64,000 nt of DNA from Histomonas meleagridis 2922-C6/04-290x (GCA_020184695.1 JAANOX010000198.1:62001-126000); one strand, 5' to 3'. Positions 11,886-24,377 are shown, counted from the first letter of the stretch. Notes: generated from the sequence alone by a model not told the origin. Made by a program: numbers and translations.

Positions 11886-13053
11886 TAAACGGTCTCCCCC
11901 GGAAATTTATTTTTTTCCAAGAAATCTCTGTGGTTGAATGTAATACTTACAATTAATAACAAACAATATTTCTACCTAATGATTTACTTATTGTTTATTG
12001 AAATATTAAGATTTTTGATAAAATATGACAGATAATTAAATTTTATATTAAAATAAGATGAAAAAATCGTTATATTACATTATTACAAATTCTAAAATAT
12101 AAATAAATATTTATCTGTTTTTAACTTTTTTTGGTTATTCATAAGTTCTGTTCATATTTAATCTATAAATTCGAATTTTTCGATAATGCAAAATTATAAT
12201 TAATGAATTATCTTAGCTTTATACTTGGATTTATATTTTGTAATTATCTTTATTTTTTATTTTAATAATGTTGTTTAAATTCCAAAAATACGATTAAAAT
12301 CCATCGAAATAAGCCCAAACGTCAAAATAATAAAATAGGGTCTGAAATATATTTATTTCGTAATTATATAGATTAAATCCAATTTATTATTAATAAAATA
12401 AATTACATGGATGTATAAATTTTTTAAACAGAGTATAATATTAATATTTATTGAAATATGTTAACAAATTGCATTTGAAATTTTTATCTTCAAATTTTCA
12501 ATATCTCTCTATTCGTTGATTTCGATTGATTTTGTAATTATATATTTTATTTTGTTTTGTTTTATCACTTATATCTATCCCTCTATTCATTTTAAAATTT
12601 ATTTTTTTAAATTGAATGCAATTTGATCGATTTGAATTCAATTTTTTGATGTGTTTTTTAATGAATTTTGCGTTTTTTGTTTTTTCTCTCTTATTTTTCT
12701 GGATTCTATATTAATTTCAGAAAATATGTTATCACATTATTAAATGGAATTTCTCATATTAATTTCAGTATTGAATTTTTCTTTTATGATCATTTGTTCA
12801 TCATTTTTTTCAATTTTCTACAATTTCTTCTTTTTCAGAACCATATATAAGGAAAATTTATAAAAATGTAATAGAACGTTTTTTTCATCTTATTTTAATA
12901 TAAAATTTAATTATCTGTCATATTTTAGCAAAAATCTTAATATTTCAATAAACAATAAGTACATCATTAGGTAGAAATATTGTTTATTTTTAATCGTGAG
13001 TGTTACATTCAACCACGAGATTTCTCGATAAAAAATTCCTATAAGACCGTTTA
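11886..13053. mobile_element. Non-autonomous TIR element (MITE/foldback-like), ~205-bp imperfect TIRs
   Basis: 11886-12091 is the reverse complement of ~12853-13053 (e.g. gtggttgaatgtaa...tttctacctaatgat...ataagatgaaaaaa); TA at both ends; no coding capacity inside. Confidence 0.75.
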
Positions 13054-13462
13054 TGCTTTTATCGATTAATCGTTTTCTATTCAATTTAGTAAACCACCTT
13101 TAAATAAGATTTTCTTTTCTTTGTTGAATTTGATCATTTCGAATTTTTATTAATATCCCTATAAATCATTTTTTTTTATAATAATGATTATTCTAATAAT
13201 GATAGTTTAATAATTTCTGTCCTATTATATATATCAATCAATTGATATATCAATTATATAGATGTACATTGATTTTCCCGTTGATTGATGCATAATTTTT
13301 TTGATCTAAGAACAAAATAATTGGATTAAACTTTGATTTAAATCTCTAAATATGGTTTAACATTTCTTCTGACATTATTTATATTATCTCTCACAGAAAC
13401 TCGACTTATTAAAAATACAGATCACGATCGAAAGGTGGTAATTAATGTTATGTTTCAGAATT

Positions 13463-13572
13463 ATATTTGGAAATTATTCAAAACATTGAACACATCACTT
13501 ATGAAAGCATCTAATAATGGTAATCTAGAAATAATTAAATTACTTATTGAACATTAAGGAGTTGATATTAAA
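13463..13572 (+). pseudogene. Solitary decayed ankyrin unit retaining two 17+3 modules
   Basis: gtttcagaattatattt-GGA-aattattcaaaacattg-AAC then TSLMKASNNGNLEIIKLLIEH*GVDI. Confidence 0.7.
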
Positions 13573-14655
13573 ATTATGATCCATGTTCATTATAAAATGG
13601 GTTTAACCATTTTAAAGAAAAAGTGATTGAACCTCAAAACAAAGCAAAAATATCTTCTTTAATAAACAATATTTTTTAAGATTAATAAATGAACCATGAA
13701 TAGCTATTTAATTTTATATTGTAATATTATATTCAGAATTTAAAGAGAGAAAAAGAATGCGAAAAATTGATTATTTATAAATTAGAGCCTTTTCTTCTTG
13801 CTTATAAGAATATTGATCTAAGTTATTTTTTAGATATTAACTTCAATCATTTCCATGATTTTGTTTTCGTTATTATTGATTTTGTGCGTAATCTGTAGTT
13901 GAAATATTAATGTTTTTTGAATGAAATATAATATTGTCTTAATTATTGTTTTCTCGAAGTTGATACAAATTGTCATGTGAATTACATTATTAATTAATAT
14001 TAAGATTAAATTTTTATAAAAAATATTAGTTAGATGGCGGAGACACTTTTTGAGCTCTGCTCAAAAAGTGGCATTACTTGTTAACTTAAATAAAAAAATA
14101 TATCATCTTTGAATTCAAAAAGAAAAAATGAAAAAAGAAGCAAGATTTGGAATGCCTACAAAAATGTAAGGGAGAATATGACATTATTTGGAAAAATGAT
14201 AATAACAATAAATTTGATAGCCTATTAGTGATAAATTAGAGAATAAAGAACTTTTCTTATGCAAGAGATATTTTTGCAATAGATGATACTGAATGAGCCA
14301 ATAGATTTCAATATCTCTTTTTACCCTTTTTTGTATTTGATGAGAATAACAAAAAATAATTTTAAAAAACCATTGAGTTTTAACTTCCTTTAATATCTGA
14401 TAATTATGAATTTTTTATTTTTGCCCGAAACTTTGGCAATGAAAAGGATTATAGATGAAAAATATTTTTTAGAATAAATAAAACAAAAGTGTTGATTTGC
14501 ATTAGAAAGTGGGAAACATAAAAATTATTATTATTTCATTGAAAAAAATATTAATATTAATAAATTGGAAAGCTTTCAGAGTTAAATTATCCATAATAAT
14601 GAGGAAAATTGTTTGCTAAATTTTCACATTTGGATGATTTCGTAATATAGAGATA

Positions 14656-14925
14656 TTGAAGAAAAAAGATCTTGCAAAATGCAACATGAAAGCATACCCA
14701 TACACACTTTATGTTGGAGAAGTTCTCTTAATTCCATTTCCACTTCCAATACCATCAAGATCACCGACAGCTTCTCCTTCTAAATCACCGACAGCTACTC
14801 CTTCTAAAACATTTTCTCCAACAGAAGCATTTACGCAATCAAACACATATTCTCAATCGAATGCCTTCACACCATCGAATACGTACAGTCAGTCAAACAC
14901 ATATACGCCAACAGAAGCGCCATAA
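14656..14925 (+). pseudogene. Fragment of a Ser/Thr-rich surface-protein stalk
   Basis: SPTASPSKSPTATPS and FTQSN/YSQSN repeats, like the stalks at 35396-36076 and 60351-60944; no signal peptide or TM. Confidence 0.55.
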
Positions 14926-15988
14926 ATTTATTCCTTCCTCTCTGAAAGTATGTTTTAATGTAAGTGAATGTTTATATGAACAAATTTTAGAACATATTAA
15001 ATGATGTGGATTCAAACATTTTCCTTATTTCAACTTGTTCAATTATAATTTTTTTAACACATAGAATTCAATGTTATGGATCCATAAAAACCTCTAAATT
15101 TTATTATATATTTAATGTTGTAGATTATATATAAAATAACATGGCAATTTCAATCCATAAAAAATATATAAATATTTATAATTTGTTAAACATGTTTAAT
15201 GGATAAATTGTTTCAAATATATTCTTGTTTTTGTTTCAAAGATTTGCAAAATAAATTCTTTATTATTTGAGTTCTTCGGCAATCGATTGTGTGCTTTACT
15301 CATACGAGATACTGTATAAATATGAAATTAATATATTTTATATTTTAAATAATTATTGAATACAATATGTTATATAAAAATATTATAATATAATAATTAT
15401 AGAATTATACATATTTATTAAAAAAAAATATTTTTCATATAAAATTTCATGAAATAATTATCTTCGTTTTACTTCATCTTTAAAAAAAAGATTTTCCATT
15501 GAATCTTCTGATGTAATATTACTTTCACTATTTTGTGATAACAACATACCTCCGCTTTGAATCGAATTTTGTGTGAAGGAATGAATGATATAAAGCGTGA
15601 AAAATTTGATTAAGCTACCTCTGATTTGGCAAGTTTGGACTCCTGGTGGAGAAAAAGAAATCCGGGTGATGTCTGCTTGATTCGTTTCATGTGCATCTAA
15701 GCCTGTTTCACTTGAAGAAGAAAATTATTTTGTTGAAGATTGTATTTTTGTCATAAACTATTGAAAATTGAATTCATATCTGGTCGAATTATCATTAAAA
15801 ATTATATCGTAAATCAAAACTAAAAACAATCGAAACGTTTGGCCAACACACAAGTTTAAATGTTTATATTAATGAAAATATTAGAAAAAATTGAAGATCT
15901 TTAGTTCTTCTTTTGTGATCTGGGAAACTTAATACACTTTTTCAATAAACTATTATTGACTTAAACCGCACATATCATCTGGAAGAAC

Positions 15989-18917
15989 ATGCGAAAACGC
16001 AAAACAAATATAAGTAAAAAAGAAAAAATATTTCCTCAAAACATAAAACTAGAATTATTCTCTAAGCTTGAACAAATAATAATGAATCTAACAGAAGAAA
16101 ATATAAATTTGTCAGCTAAACATACAATAAAATTATTTGATTTTAATTTACCATATTCATTTAATCTTGTTATAAATAATTTAATTTATTATGCATTTTT
16201 ATCACAAAGAAATAAGTGTACTACGTATTTTAAATTTTTAGAAATAATTCAAAAGAAAGAAGAGGAAAAAATTAATTCTAAATACAATATTATTGAAATA
16301 TTCCTTAATTATATCATAAAAAATAATTCTCAAGAAGCTCTATATCTAACTGAGCAAATGATTAGACAAAATTTAATTGATGCAAACATTACAAAGATAA
16401 TTCCTTCAAAATATTTTGCTCATTACAAAACTACAACTGAAAACAAAGAATGGTTATGTGGTGATCGATTTTGTTCAACTTTTGTAAAAAATTATGACCA
16501 ACTTTCAAAGAATGATTTTGAACTTCATAAAAAATATGTTAAAAAAGGACATAATCCGAATGAAATTGCAAAAATAATTCGAAATGATGAAATAGAAAAA
16601 CTTCAAGAAATAACATCGCAAAATGATTTTGACTTTAATCAAACAATTGAACCATCACTTTATGAAAGATGTTCATTTATTAATCAAGAAAATGTTACAT
16701 TAATTGATTATGCAGCATTTTTTTCTTCAGTTAAATGTTTTAAATATTTACTTATGAATGAAGCAAATGTAAATAATACAGGTAAATATGCAATTGCAGG
16801 TGGAAATGAAGAAATTGTTCATTTATGTGAACAAAATGGTTCATCATTTATAGGGTCTTATGAAATAGCAATTAAATCTCACCGAAATGATATTTTTCTT
16901 TATCTTTATGAAAATAAAATGGATAATTTGTGTGAGGAACATGATACAAAAACCTCATAAAAAAATTATCTGAAATATGAAGATTTCATAAAAATTTTGT
17001 GTTATGAGTGGAAATTATGAAATCCTATCATTTTTAGAAGGAGAAGGAACTAAAATCAATGAATCTATCATCAAAAAATCAGCAGAAATAGGTAATATAT
17101 ATCTACTCATGTATTTTCTTCATAATAACAAGAAAATACCAAAAAATATTTTAATTTATTCTATTAAATCAGAGAATGCTGAAGTTGTGGAATATATCAT
17201 TCTTAAACATAGAAAAGAAATCAATTTTAATTCTGTAAATATTTTTTGTAAAATTTCAATGCTTTCATACAATATTTGATAATGATTAATTAAGTTATTT
17301 AGAACTCCTTTGATATATGTTGCTGAAAAAGGTTACACAGAAATAGTTAAATTACTTATTAAACAAAAAGAAATTGATATTAATGCTAAAGATATTTATT
17401 TGTTTTATTTAAAATTTATTTTAATAATATAGTATTTCAAAATAATATTTGGAAATTATTTAAATTATTTGATACAGCACTTATTGAAGCATCATGGAAA
17501 GGTCATATAGAAATAGTTCAATTACTTCTTGAACAAAAAGGAATTGATATTAATGCTAAAGATATTTATTTGTTTTATTTAAAATTTATTTTAATAATAT
17601 AGTATTTCAAAATAATATTTGGAAATTATTTAAATTATTTGATACAGCACTTATTGAAGCATCATGGAAAGGTCATATAGAAATAGTTCAATTACTTCTT
17701 GAACAAAAAGGAATTGATATTAATGCTAAAGATATTTATTTGTTTTATTTGAGATTTATTTAAATTATTTTATATTTCGAAATAATATTTGGAAATTATT
17801 CAAATTATTTAGAACAGCACTTATTTTGGCATCTTATTATGGTCATACAGAAATAGTTAAATTACTTCTTGAGCAAAAAGGAATTGATATTAATTCCAAA
17901 GATATTTTATTCCTTTACCTAAAATTTATTTTAATGATATAATATTTCAAAATAATTTTTGGAAATTACACAAAATATTTAAAACAGCACTTATTTTTGC
18001 ATCTAGAGATGGTAATTTAAATATAGTTAAATTACTTTTGGAACATAAAAGAATTGCTTTAAATGTTATAGATGATTTTTATTTATTATAATCGATATTA
18101 TTTAGAGTTACTTTGGGTTTTAAGCCAAAATTTAAAGTTTTATTATATAATTTGAAACACCATTAATTTGGGCCTCAAAAAATGGTCATAAAGAAATTGT
18201 TAAAATACTTCTCGAAAAAGAAGGAACTAATATTAATGCCAAAAATTTTTGAATGTTTTGTTCAAGGTTTAAATTAATTAAAATGGATTTCTTAATAATG
18301 TTTGGAAAATATTCATATTGTTTCAAACAGCACTTATAAAGGCATCTTCAAGTGGATACACTGAAATAGCCAAATTACTTTTAGGAAAAGAAGGAATTGA
18401 TGTTAATGCTAAAGATATTATTTTCATATTTTGTTTAGAATTTATTTATACAATTGGATGTGCTAAATGTGTATTTAGGATTTGTTTAAAATACTTGAAA
18501 CAGCAATTGTGTTTGCTGCTAAAAATGGTCACACAGAAATCGTTAAATTACTTCTTGAACAAAAAGGAATTGAAATTAATGCTAAAGATGAATTTTTGTT
18601 GTTTTATATGATATTTATTATAATAATTTGATATATTAAGATAATATTTGGAATTTACTTAAAATATTTTGTACAGCACTCATGAAAGCATCGAGAAATG
18701 GTCATGCTGAAATAGTTAAATTACTTCTTGGACAAAAAGGAATTGATATTCAAGCTAAAACTATTTATTAAATTTATTTAAAATTCAAATAAACGATATA
18801 ATATTTCAAAATAATATTTGGAAATTATTTAAATTATTTGAAACAGCACTCGATTTAGCATCTTCAAAAGATAACCAAAAAATTGTTAAGTTATTTATTA
18901 AAAAAAATTATAATTAA
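15989..18917 (+). CDS. DUF3447-ankyrin locus 2 (10 micro-exon-interrupted ANK repeats); homopolymer frameshifts at ~16950-17000
   Basis: DUF3447 core in ORF 15989-16960; ANK blocks at 17304-18843; terminal repeat ends IKKNYN* at 18917. Confidence 0.75.
17241..18917 (+). repeat. Ankyrin unit array with (17+3)n spacers
   Basis: TAL/TPL at 17304, 17474, 17644, 17814, 17984, 18157, 18327, 18500, 18673, 18843; spacers 63,80,80,80,80,83,80,83,83,80. Confidence 0.95.
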
Positions 18918-18954
18918 TAAAAAAATTATTGAATAAAATTATGTGGATCACCAC

Positions 18955-19052
18955 ATTAAACCGATAGAATTTTTTGAGATGAGCGTTTAATGCATTCAAA
19001 AAGTTGAGAATACCGTTTATCCAGAGCCAATTCAAAAAATTCTATCGTTTAA
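18955..19052. repeat. Short inverted repeat (16-bp perfect core) flanking ~55 bp
   Basis: cgatagaattttttga at 18962 and tcaaaaaattctatcg at ~19032. Confidence 0.6.
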
Positions 19053-20143
19053 CGGTCGTCTGCCTGGAAATCATTTATCCACTTAATAAAGACACTGTCA
19101 ACCAACTCTCCCTCTTATGGATTTCTTATTAATTTTAAAATTATTTGTAATGTATTTAATACATATCAGATTTTAACATATACAAATTTTTATGAAAATA
19201 TAATAATTTTTTTAAAATTTCCTTTGAATTTAGTCACTTTCCATTTAAATTCGTGTACGATACAATACACAAACGGTCATCTAAGCGAAGACTGGATGTA
19301 TCAATTAACCACATCTAAACCAGTATATACAAGAATTGTTGAAAAAATGTTTACAATATTTTTATCTTCTGTTTGATTTTGTGATTCCTGTTGTGAGTAT
19401 CGCTCACTCGTGGAGGAACGGATCTTGATGGATTTGTAACCGAAAATCGATTCAAAAAGTTATTTTTTCTTCTTTGACCAGAGTATCCAATAATGAATAA
19501 ATTGTTTCAAGAATTATCCTATTCATAGAACAAATAAATTATATAAAATTGCAAAGACAGATTTTTGAATTTTTGCTCTGATCTATAGATATTGAAAATC
19601 TTGTATAACTTAAAAACAGAATGAAAACTCTAGAAAAATTATATAAATTAATATTGATTATCATTAGTTCTATATATTTATTGAAGTTAAACTTTTGTAT
19701 TTAATCCTAAAGCCCAAAAAAGCATTTTGAAATTTTGGATATTGCTCATAAAAAATAATACAACAAAATTTGGTTAAGATAATTTTATTGAATAGAATGT
19801 GTATACTAATTTATTTATATTTTTTTTAAAATTTAGTACAGTGGAAAATGAAAAAAATTGATTTTCTGATTTGAAAAGACCGTTTATTTGGTCGACTTAT
19901 TTAATACAACAGACTTATTCATTTGATGTTTGTCTCAACATTTAATACCGCTTATTTCTTTAAACAATTTCAATTTATTAATTTGGCGCAATAATTTGTA
20001 CACCAACATCAGCAAGAACAATTTTTGTGTCATTTCCAGTTAAACTCATTAAGGAATTTGAAGATAATTTTCTGAGTTTTACAAAGTATACTTTCACATG
20101 AATTCAAATTTTCTCTACTAACCGTTTATTATTATTTTTAACA

Positions 20144-23100
20144 TTGGGAGGAAATATTTCACACGAAAAAGTACAAACCAAAAGAATTGTTAAAACGGAA
20201 TTCACTATAGAAGTATTACAGCAAATCGAAAAGCTTATTTTTGAAGTGAATGAAAATAATATTTCAAAAACAGTTGAATCAATATTAGTATTCGAAAATA
20301 ATAAGTTTCCTTTTTCATTTAAACTTTTAATATGTCAAATTATATATGTATATTATATATCAGGAAATTATAATATTAACATAATTTGTGAATTTTTAAG
20401 ACAATTTCAAATCAAAGAAGAAGAAAATAAAGAAACAAAAAATAAAATTATAAATATTTTTGAATATTTTCTAATTTGTACTAAAACACAAGAATCTTAT
20501 CATATTCTTTATAAATTACATGAAAATAAGTTAATTAAAGAAAAAATGACTGTAATTCAAAACTCATTATATTTTCTTCAATGCATTCCAAAAGAAGAAA
20601 TATGTAAAACAAAATCCAAATTTCAAAATGAAATTTTAAATAATTATGAAAAACTTTCACAAAATGATTTTAAGCTTCATAAGCAATTCATTGAAGAAGG
20701 ACATAATCCAAATGAAATTGCAAAAATAATTCGAAATGATGAAATAGAAAAACTTCAAGAAATAACATCACAAAGTGATTTTAACATTAATCAAAAAATC
20801 GAACCATCACTTTATGAAAGATGTTCATTTATTAATGAAGAAGTTTCATTAATTTATTATGCAGCATTTTTTTCAGCAGTCAAATGTTTTAAATATTTAC
20901 TTATAAATGGTGCTAAAACAAATTATATAGGCAAATATGCAATTGCAGGTGGAAATGAAGAAATCATTCATTTATGTGAACAAAATCATTCATCATTTAA
21001 AGGCTCGTATGAAATATCAATAAAATTTCACAAAAATGATATATTTTTTTATCTTTATGAAAACAAAAGTGAAAAAATTCATAATTTGGAAGACTTAGGA
21101 AGGTTTTGCATTCTATATCATAACTATGAAATTTTTCTATTTTTGATAAAAAATGGAATGAATATCATTAAATTTTTAATCAATACTTCATTGGAAACAG
21201 GAAATATATTCATTTTACAATATTTCCTGAAAATAAATCCATTTACATTAAATATTTGCGATATTTCATCCATTTATAATAATAAAGAACTTTTTAATTA
21301 CTTAATTGCTGAAAATATTTTTGATATTAATAAGGAAACTATATATTTCTTTCATTTAATGTTTATGTAAATGATTTGTTATATCAGAATATTATTTGAA
21401 AATTCTTTAAATTTTTTGGAACAGCATTAATGTTTGCAATAGAAAATGGTAAGAATGAATTATTTAAATTACTACTTAAACAAAAAGGGATTGATATTAA
21501 TGCTAAAGATATTTATTTGTTTTATTTAAAATTTATTTTAATAATATAGTATTTCAAAATAATATTTGGAAATTATTTAAATTATTTGATACAGCACTTA
21601 TTGAAGCATCATGGAAAGGTCATATAGAAATAGTTCAATTACTTCTTGAACAAAAAGGAATTGATATTAATGCTAAAGATATTTATTTGTTTTATTTAAA
21701 ATTTATTTTAATAATATAGTATTTCAAAATAATATTTGGAAATTATTCAAAATATTTAGAACAGCACTTATTTATGCATCTAAATATGGTCATACAGAAA
21801 TCGTTAGGTTACTTCTTGAACAAAAAGGAATTGACATTAATGCTAAAGGTGTTTATTTGTTTTATTTATAATTTATTTTAATAATTTTATATTTCAAAAT
21901 AATATTTGGAAATTATTTAAATTACTTCATACAGCACTTATGTATGCATCTGAAGAAGGTAGTACAGAAATAGTTAAATTACTTCTTGAACAAAAAGGAA
22001 TTGACATTAATGCTAAAAATATTTATATGTTTTAATTTAATATTCGTTTTGATAATTTTGTGTTTCAAAATAATATTTGGAAATTATTTAAATTATTTGA
22101 TACAGCACTTATTGAAGCATCATGGAGGGGTCATATAGAAATAGTTAAATTACTTCTTGAACAAAAAGGAATTGATATTAATGCTAAAGATATTTATTTG
22201 TTTTATTTATTTTATTTTTAATCGTTATAATATTTTGATAGAATATGTGAAAATTATATAAATTTTTTGAAACAGCACTTATGTTTGCATCTGGAAAAGG
22301 TCATATAGAAATAGTTAAATTACTTCTTGAACAAGAAGGAATTGATATTAATACTGTTAATATTTATTCTTTTCCTTTCATATTTATTTGAATAATTTTG
22401 GATTTCAAAGTTTGATTCAATAAATGCTTAAAATATTTGAAACAGCATTAACACTTGCATCTTGTAATGGTCACACAGATGTAATCGTAATGCTTCTTAA
22501 ACAAAAAGGAATTGCTGTTAATACCAAAAATATTTTTTTTATTTTATATAACATTAATTTTAATTATTATATATTTTAAAATAATATTTGGAAATTATTT
22601 AAATTATTCAGAACAGCACTTATGTTTGCATCTGGAAAAGGTCATACAGAAATAGTTAAATTACTTCTTGAACAAGAAGGAATTGATATTAATGTGAAAA
22701 ATGTCTAATTAAAATGTAAAATATTTCAAATATAGTTTTGAAATAACATCAAAAAATATGGAAATTAAATTAAATTATTAAAACAGCACTCATATGTGCA
22801 ACAGAAGAAGGATATATCGAAATAGTAAAAAATCTTCTAGAACAAAAAGGAATTGATATTAATTCACAAGATATTATATTAAATAATAACGAATCTCAAA
22901 AAAAATTTTAATGATATCATAATATATTACATATTTAAATTAAATTAATAAATCATCACTTATATTGGCATCAGAAAAAGGTTATTTCGAAATAGTTCAA
23001 ATACTACTTCAACAAAAAAGGATTAATATTAATATAAAAGATGTTTCAATTGATTAATTAATATTTCAATTAACAATTTTGTGATTTAAAAGAAAATTTG

Positions 23101-23550
23101 GAAAGTATTTTCAATATATTTTACTCCACTTATGTGGGCATCTATTAATGGACATAAAAAAATAGTTCAAATATTACTTAAACAAAAAAGTATTGATATT
23201 AATGCCAAAAATTTATGCTTTTTATTATATAATATTTATATGAATCTTTTTATATTTCCAAATTATTTTTGGAGTTTCTTTAAATATTTGAAAACAGCTC
23301 TTATAAAAGCAATTGAAAATGAACATGTTAAAGTCATAAAATTACTATTAAAAAATGATAATATTGATATGAATATTCATGATGTTAAAATGATTTAAAT
23401 GATTTTCATATTAAATATTTAAAATTTTAAGATAATTTTTGGAATTTATTAAAATTAAAAGAAACGGCTCTTATGCATGCAACTAAAAAAGGAAACACAG
23501 AAATTGTCAAATTACTAACAAAATATAAACGAAAAAAGAGTAAAAAATAA
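20144..23550 (+). CDS. DUF3447-ankyrin locus 3 (13 micro-exon-interrupted ANK repeats)
   Basis: Open 20144-21340 with the DUF3447 core; ANK blocks 21421-23464 are all stop-free; terminal repeat ends KYKRKKSKK* at 23550. The start reads acaTTGgga (probably ATG with a 1-nt insertion). Confidence 0.8.
21341..23550 (+). repeat. Ankyrin unit array with (17+3)4 spacers
   Basis: Unit starts 21421, 21591, 21761, 21931, 22102, 22272, 22442, 22613, 22783, 22953, 23123, 23294, 23464; ten 80-nt and three 81-nt spacers despite strong divergence. Confidence 0.95.
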
Positions 23551-24377
23551 TATATTTTATATATAAAAATGTCTTTATATAAAAATTTTGTATTTAAATA
23601 GATCCGACTTTATTTCAAAATGTTTAACAACTGATAATAATGTTTTTGAACGATTAGAAAATCATTTAACAATTAAAAATTCAACTAATGGGAATCAATA
23701 AAATGAAAGAGCTTTTGTTCGGGAATTTCGAACATAAATTAGGCACTAACTACATCAAGATTAACTAACATGATTGGACGAAAAATTACTTCAATACATC
23801 ATACAAAATTAGGTACCAAGTAAAATTCTTTTCAATCTTTTCTTTATGTTGTTTGTGAATTTGATTTATCAAGGAATTGATTCGTTATTCCTTATAAGGA
23901 GTCTAATTTATATGCTATTAATTGAAATACACTTGGAACAATATAAATAATTTCGAATTTTTAAAAAAAACCTATAAGAAAGAAAATTGATTGCCAAACC
24001 GAAATTTCGTTGTTATTAGTCCTAAAAATTGAAGAATTGAAATGATTCATTTTACCACATGAAACCAAATGAACATTGCGACTGGGAAACACATCTATCA
24101 ATAAATCAAGCAGTTTTTAGTTTGAATGAAGAAAATTTAAATATTTAGGTTTAATAATCAGCAGTAAAATATCTTCTAATTAAAGAAACAATTTGGCATT
24201 CTTTTTTGGCAATGTTATAAGCAATTAAAGGATTTTATTCTCACAATGTTGAAAGAATTAAATTTCTGAAAAAAATGTTTCTTCATGAAGAAAAAAAATT
24301 TTATAAAAGTCCCAATCAAAAGCATAGAAAATTGTATAAAATTCGAAAATTGATGAATTATATTTAATAAACTTGAG

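Noticed and set aside
17401-17440. Programmed -1 ribosomal frameshift at T_TTA_AAA followed by a hairpin
   Set aside because: The slippery heptamer is not conserved, several spacers have stops in both relevant frames, and locus-4 spacers (60/80/100/120 nt) fall in all three frames.
17435-17456. Hairpin tttcaaaat-aat-atttggaaa as the conserved processing signal
   Set aside because: Present in young copies but lost in many diverged units that keep the 17+3 phase.
21511-21590. One conventional 68-71-nt intron per repeat (GT-AG, or U12-type AT-AC)
   Set aside because: No conserved GT/AG or in-frame AT-AC pair exists, and a single excision cannot supply the Gly of DxxG, which lies mid-spacer.
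22192-22271. Alternative genetic code (TGA=Trp or TAA/TAG=Gln) allowing read-through of spacers
   Set aside because: Ordinary genes here terminate at TAA, TAG and TGA, and read-through would not fix the frame shifts.
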